A stretch of DNA of 64,000 nt from Camelus dromedarius (lineage: Eukaryota): contig NC_087436.1 of the NCBI RefSeq assembly GCF_036321535.1, forward strand, positions 117,058,001 to 117,122,000. The letters run 5' to 3'. The position numbers were made by a program, and so were the translations under genes. Each line of letters starts with the position of its first letter. Positions within the stretch are counted from its first letter, which is position 1. Below the pieces are notes generated by a model, which had not been told where the DNA came from, searched no databases, and was given only the letters and a program-made list of their open reading frames with translations. Shown here one piece after another: positions 60,238 to 64,000 of this stretch.

Positions 60238-60708
60238 CCCGTCCAGGGTAGGTCTCAGATCCTCCTGTCCCCGGGTTGCTGCCTGCCGCCCCACTACATG
60301 GGGTCTGGTCCCTTCTCATCCATTCTCTATCCAGCAGGCAGCCTTTTGTGTTAACCAGAAATGGGATCCAGTCCAGTGTCAACCCCCCTAGAGCTCTTTC
60401 CCATGCATGCTACAGTGGAAGGGGGAGGGCCCCAGCGAGCTGGCACCATGCAGGCAGGCGGCCAGTTCAGCACGGAGGCGGGAGCGGAACAGACTCAGAT
60501 AGGCCGTCCTGGTCTACGTGGAAAGCAGCAGTTTTGTAGTAAAACTTGAGTAAGTTCAAGACGCAGCAGGAGTTCACAGGGCAGAGTGGGAAGTCCATGC
60601 TGAGGGGTCACAGGTCACAGGACTGCACTGGCCTGAGGTTAGGGTGCTCTGTGCTTGGGTCCCCCAGCCTTGTGTTTCTCAACCTTTTATTCATTGTTGC
60701 CCCATTTT

Positions 60709-60785
60709 TTTTACTGGAGGTCTGGGGATTGAGGACCTCGTGTGCGCTAAGCATGCACTCTGCCACTGAGCTGTTACTCTCCCCC
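60709..60785 (-). mobile_element. Short tRNA-derived SINE (camelid-like) with ~17 bp TSD
   Basis: Minus strand reads ggggagagtaacagctcagtggcagagtgcatgcttagcgcacacgaggtcctcaatccccagacctccagtaaaa (A box intact, B box partly deleted). Flanked by cattgttgccccatttt (60692-60708) and cactgtcgccccatttt (60786-60802). Confidence 0.85.
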
Positions 60786-61168
60786 CACTGTCGCCCCATT
60801 TTAATGCACAGATACGCTGTGTCCTGTTCGTGCATTGTTTGTATGTTGTTGCTTTATGCATAGAAAGTTTTTTACTCTGGGGACGGGAGGGGCAATTTTG
60901 CCTCTGACAGTGCTGACACCCGGAAGCTCCAGCCAGGATGCTGCTGGGACCAGAGTGTCACTGGTTCCGGGGCTGAGAGCACCTCCTCCCACCCCATCAC
61001 CCAGACTCTCCCCACTGGGAAGAGGGATGGTGTCTGGTTAACCAGGGTTGTGTTTGGTTTCTTGGGGCCCTGCGGATGATCTGGCCCAGGGTGTCCCATC
61101 TTCTGATCCAAGGTGTCCCTAGGAGCAGAGTTTGTGGGTTCTGCCTAAATCCCTTCCTTTCTCCCCAG

Positions 61169-61275
61169 ATGCGCACCGCCTGCACCACGTCAGCAGCCTG
61201 GCCTGGCTGGACGAGCACACGCTGGTCACGACCTCCCACGACGCCTCTGTCAAAGAGTGGACAATCTCCTACTGA
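61169..61275 (+). CDS. WDR1: WDR1 exon 15 coding part (107 nt incl. TGA)
   Basis: ccccag acceptor; [35 protein letters not shown]. Exon lengths sum to 1821 nt = 606 aa + stop. Confidence 0.98.
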
Positions 61276-61514
61276 GGAGCCCTCCTCGGACTGACCGAAT
61301 CAGGGACTCGGGTTGAACGCAGCTGAACAGTGACGCCTCTCTCTCTCTGTCCGCCCCCGCCCCGCCCCCAGGGGGCGGGGCCTCGCCTCGTGACCGCCCC
61401 GGCCCCGCCCCCGGGAGGGAGGGCCCCGCCTCCTGAGCGCCCGCGGCCCGCAGGGCGACCCTGTCTGTACACGTCCTTCTGAAAGCTTTAGACGGTGACA
61501 GTTTGCACATGGAA

Positions 61515-61520
61515 AATAAA
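61515..61520 (+). terminator. WDR1: Proximal polyadenylation signal AATAAA of WDR1
   Basis: Canonical hexamer 240 nt after the stop, with GT-rich sequence downstream (cgtgtggcgcgtg). Confidence 0.7.
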
Positions 61521-62194
61521 GTGAGCACTTCAACAACGTGTGGCGCGTGACTCAAACCCACCGCCCTGCTCGGCCGCGCAGAACATTCCAGAGGCAGAGC
61601 CTCCAAAGCACACAGACTCATCCCGCTCCCCGCCTGCTGGTCCCTTCTGGTGTCCGCGCCTGCGGGAAGGGGGCGCAGGGCCGGCGCTGTGAGCAGATGG
61701 CGCTCGGTTCCGGCCCGGGGGACACACACAACCTGCATTTCACTGTCCGTTTTTGTGCTTGATTTTAAGAATGGAGTTGTGGGATTTGTTCTGTTTTGGG
61801 TTTTTTGTTTTTTTTTTTTTAATGTATCCTACCTGATGCCTGTCAGTGTTTACGGCGCTGCCTCCAGGCTTTTGGATCCCTCGGTAGCCAGACGAGGCCT
61901 CTTGGTACCGTTTGACTCTTGTGCTTTGATGTCTTTCTATCTTTCTTTCCCCCTCTGCCCCCCAGAGCAAAGATTAATTTAAAGGCAAAGATGGAGTCAC
62001 TGTAAACTAACCTGTCCTCATTTACACCTTCCTTTTCTTTTCCAGTGCAGAAATTAAAAGTAAGTATAAAGCAAGGTGACTTGGAGTTTCTTTGCGTGTG
62101 TCGGAATCACTGGTAAATTGTTGGCTGAGAGCTGTCCCTCCCCTTGCACTTGTGAAAACACTTTGAGCGCTTTAAGACATTAGACCAAGAACTA

Positions 62195-62200
62195 ATTAAA
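62195..62200 (+). terminator. WDR1: Distal polyadenylation signal ATTAAA of WDR1
   Basis: Variant hexamer followed by a T-rich tract, CA and a GT-rich element (ctgtgggttgctgactttgtg). Another ATTAAA lies at 62053-62058. Confidence 0.65.
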
Positions 62201-64000
62201 TACCTTTTCTCCTCACTGTGGGTTGCTGACTTTGTGATGGGGACACATGGGACGGGGGACGTTGGAAGCTGCGGACTCTGGGAGCCCGCTCGCCTCCCTA
62301 CTGCCCAGTCACAGTGTGACCTGGGCTACCTCACTCCACTTCTCTGTCTAGATCCCACCTGACTCTCAAGTTCTGTGGCAGCTCGTGACCCCTCTGGTAC
62401 TGCCATCAAAAGTAAGGAATACCGCACATTTTGATGTTGAAAAAAACAGAATTCCCAAGCATCCAAATTAATGGAAAGGTTGTCTTATTCTTGGCTAGAA
62501 AGACATCATAAAGTTGTCCATAAATTTGCAGTCCCAATAGAAAGTCTCCCCCTTCTGTTCTCATATTGCTTCTACAGCTCTTGTATTTAAAAAAAAAAAA
62601 AAAAAAAAGGCTAAAAAAGGAAAAGAATGAAATGTTAGTCTGTAATATCTAAAGCTGGGGCCACCGCAGGACACAAAGTCCAGGACTGATTTGTTCCAGG
62701 GTCAGGTACCTTTCACATAATGGAGGAATTACTACTCAAACTGGGTAAAAGTGGATAACAACCTGAAAAAAGTAGGCTTGCTTGTCTATCCTGACACCAG
62801 ATGCAAGATCTAAAAGTTGATTCAAGTTTTGAATTTTAAACAATGGAATTTGAGTACTGGAAGGAAAGCATGGGTCCTTGTATAGTCACACAAATGTGTT
62901 TCTAAGAATGACATAAATGGTCGGGGAGGAAAATATTGGTATACTTGACTTGAAATCTGCATTGAAGGGGGGAAAAGCCACCATAAAATTTTAACCATGG
63001 CAAATGCCAAACAAAAAGATGTGTAACTATGTCTGATGCTTGGTATGACTTTTTTTAAATGGAATTATGTGTCCACACATGGGAAAGTTTCCAAAAAACA
63101 TGACTAAGGAGTAAGTCACTGCATGATGTGTACACAGTGACCACAGCTATGAGAGGAGATGCCAGGCTCGGGATTTAAAACAGGGCTTTCATCTGGAGAA
63201 GGGCTATGGGGCTGGGGGGAGAGGAGGGTGCTCACCAGCCCGCCCGGGGCCACCTCCCCTCCCTCCCTCAGTCCCTTCACTCACGTAATCAGGCGTTTTA
63301 CAGCAGAACTTGGGTACACCCAAGACTCTACTCATTTCAAGGAGGAGCCTTTGTACTCACAGACTTTAAAACAGAAAGCCAAGCATGGAAGTAAAAAGCC
63401 ACGTCTGAGCTAACAGATTTCTGGGGGTCTGCGTTCACAGCCTAAGTCCCATGTCACGGTCCTGGTTCGAGGAGGAGGAAGCTGCGCCTGCAGGAGTGAC
63501 CCAACTGGGACCTAGTACCCTCAGGACTCCACGCAAGGCAGGGGCAATAGCTTTGTGCACCGGTGGTGTCATTTTCTCTTGCAGACCTGCTGCTCCTATT
63601 GTCTGGGACGGTGATTAAGGATTCAGGACCTTGCTGGACTTGGAACTGTTTCTCCACCTGAAATCCATTAGCAATGCCTGGCAAGGACCAACACCTGCAG
63701 GGGGCAGCACACACCTGTCCTTCTGGTCTGCCAGTTCCAGGCTGAACACAGACTTGTTCTGACCCTCGAGAGGCAACGCGGGGAGAAAGCTGGACTAAGG
63801 GATCTCAGATTCCATCCCAGCTCTATCTCTCCACCGTGTGACCTCGGGGCAAGGACCAGCTTCTCCAAGCCTTCCTCTTTGTTGGTAAGATGAAGTTCAA
63901 CTAGAAGACTGTTGACCCTTATGGGCCCCTTTTGGGGTATATAACAAAGTCAGTTTTGATCAGAGCACCGCCCTGAAGTGAACATGTAGATAACGTGCAT

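Noticed and set aside
60709..60785. tRNA gene
   Set aside because: Incomplete cloverleaf and B box, A-tail and TSDs indicate a SINE.
62588..62608. A-run as possible retrocopy polyA tail
   Set aside because: No recognisable upstream retroelement body or TSD; WDR1 here has introns, so it is not a retrogene tail.
137..63868. Hundreds of 60-300 aa ORFs in the supplied track (e.g. 42855-43766, 303 aa; 57190-57918, 242 aa; 20667-21374, 235 aa)
   Set aside because: Low-complexity Pro/Gly/Arg/Ala-rich translations expected from GC-rich mammalian DNA. Many start at GTG/TTG or are antisense shadows of WDR1 exons; no recognisable domains other than WDR1 fragments and decayed Tigger1, L1 and CLASP2 remnants.

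Overview
Mammalian genomic DNA, probably camelid: a short tRNA-derived SINE at ~60.7 kb resembles the camelid family (inference from memory). The main feature is a complete, intact WDR1 (AIP1, actin-interacting protein 1) gene on the + strand. It has 15 coding exons from ATG 21437 to TGA 61273-61275, totalling 1821 nt (606 aa plus stop), with consistent phases, a CpG-island promoter and tandem polyadenylation signals. Intron 9 (49232-50852) is a minor-spliceosome (U12) AT-AC intron. The 21 kb upstream is intergenic and repeat-rich (Tigger1, L1, MLT1, ERV LTRs, L2). It contains a heavily decayed processed CLASP2 pseudogene on the - strand and an old local duplication whose copies act as filled and empty alleles for a younger solo LTR. 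Nearly all of the six-frame ORF track is noise from GC-rich DNA. I found no convincing evidence of a wholly new biological system. Repeat family names and protein comparisons come from memory, not database searches.
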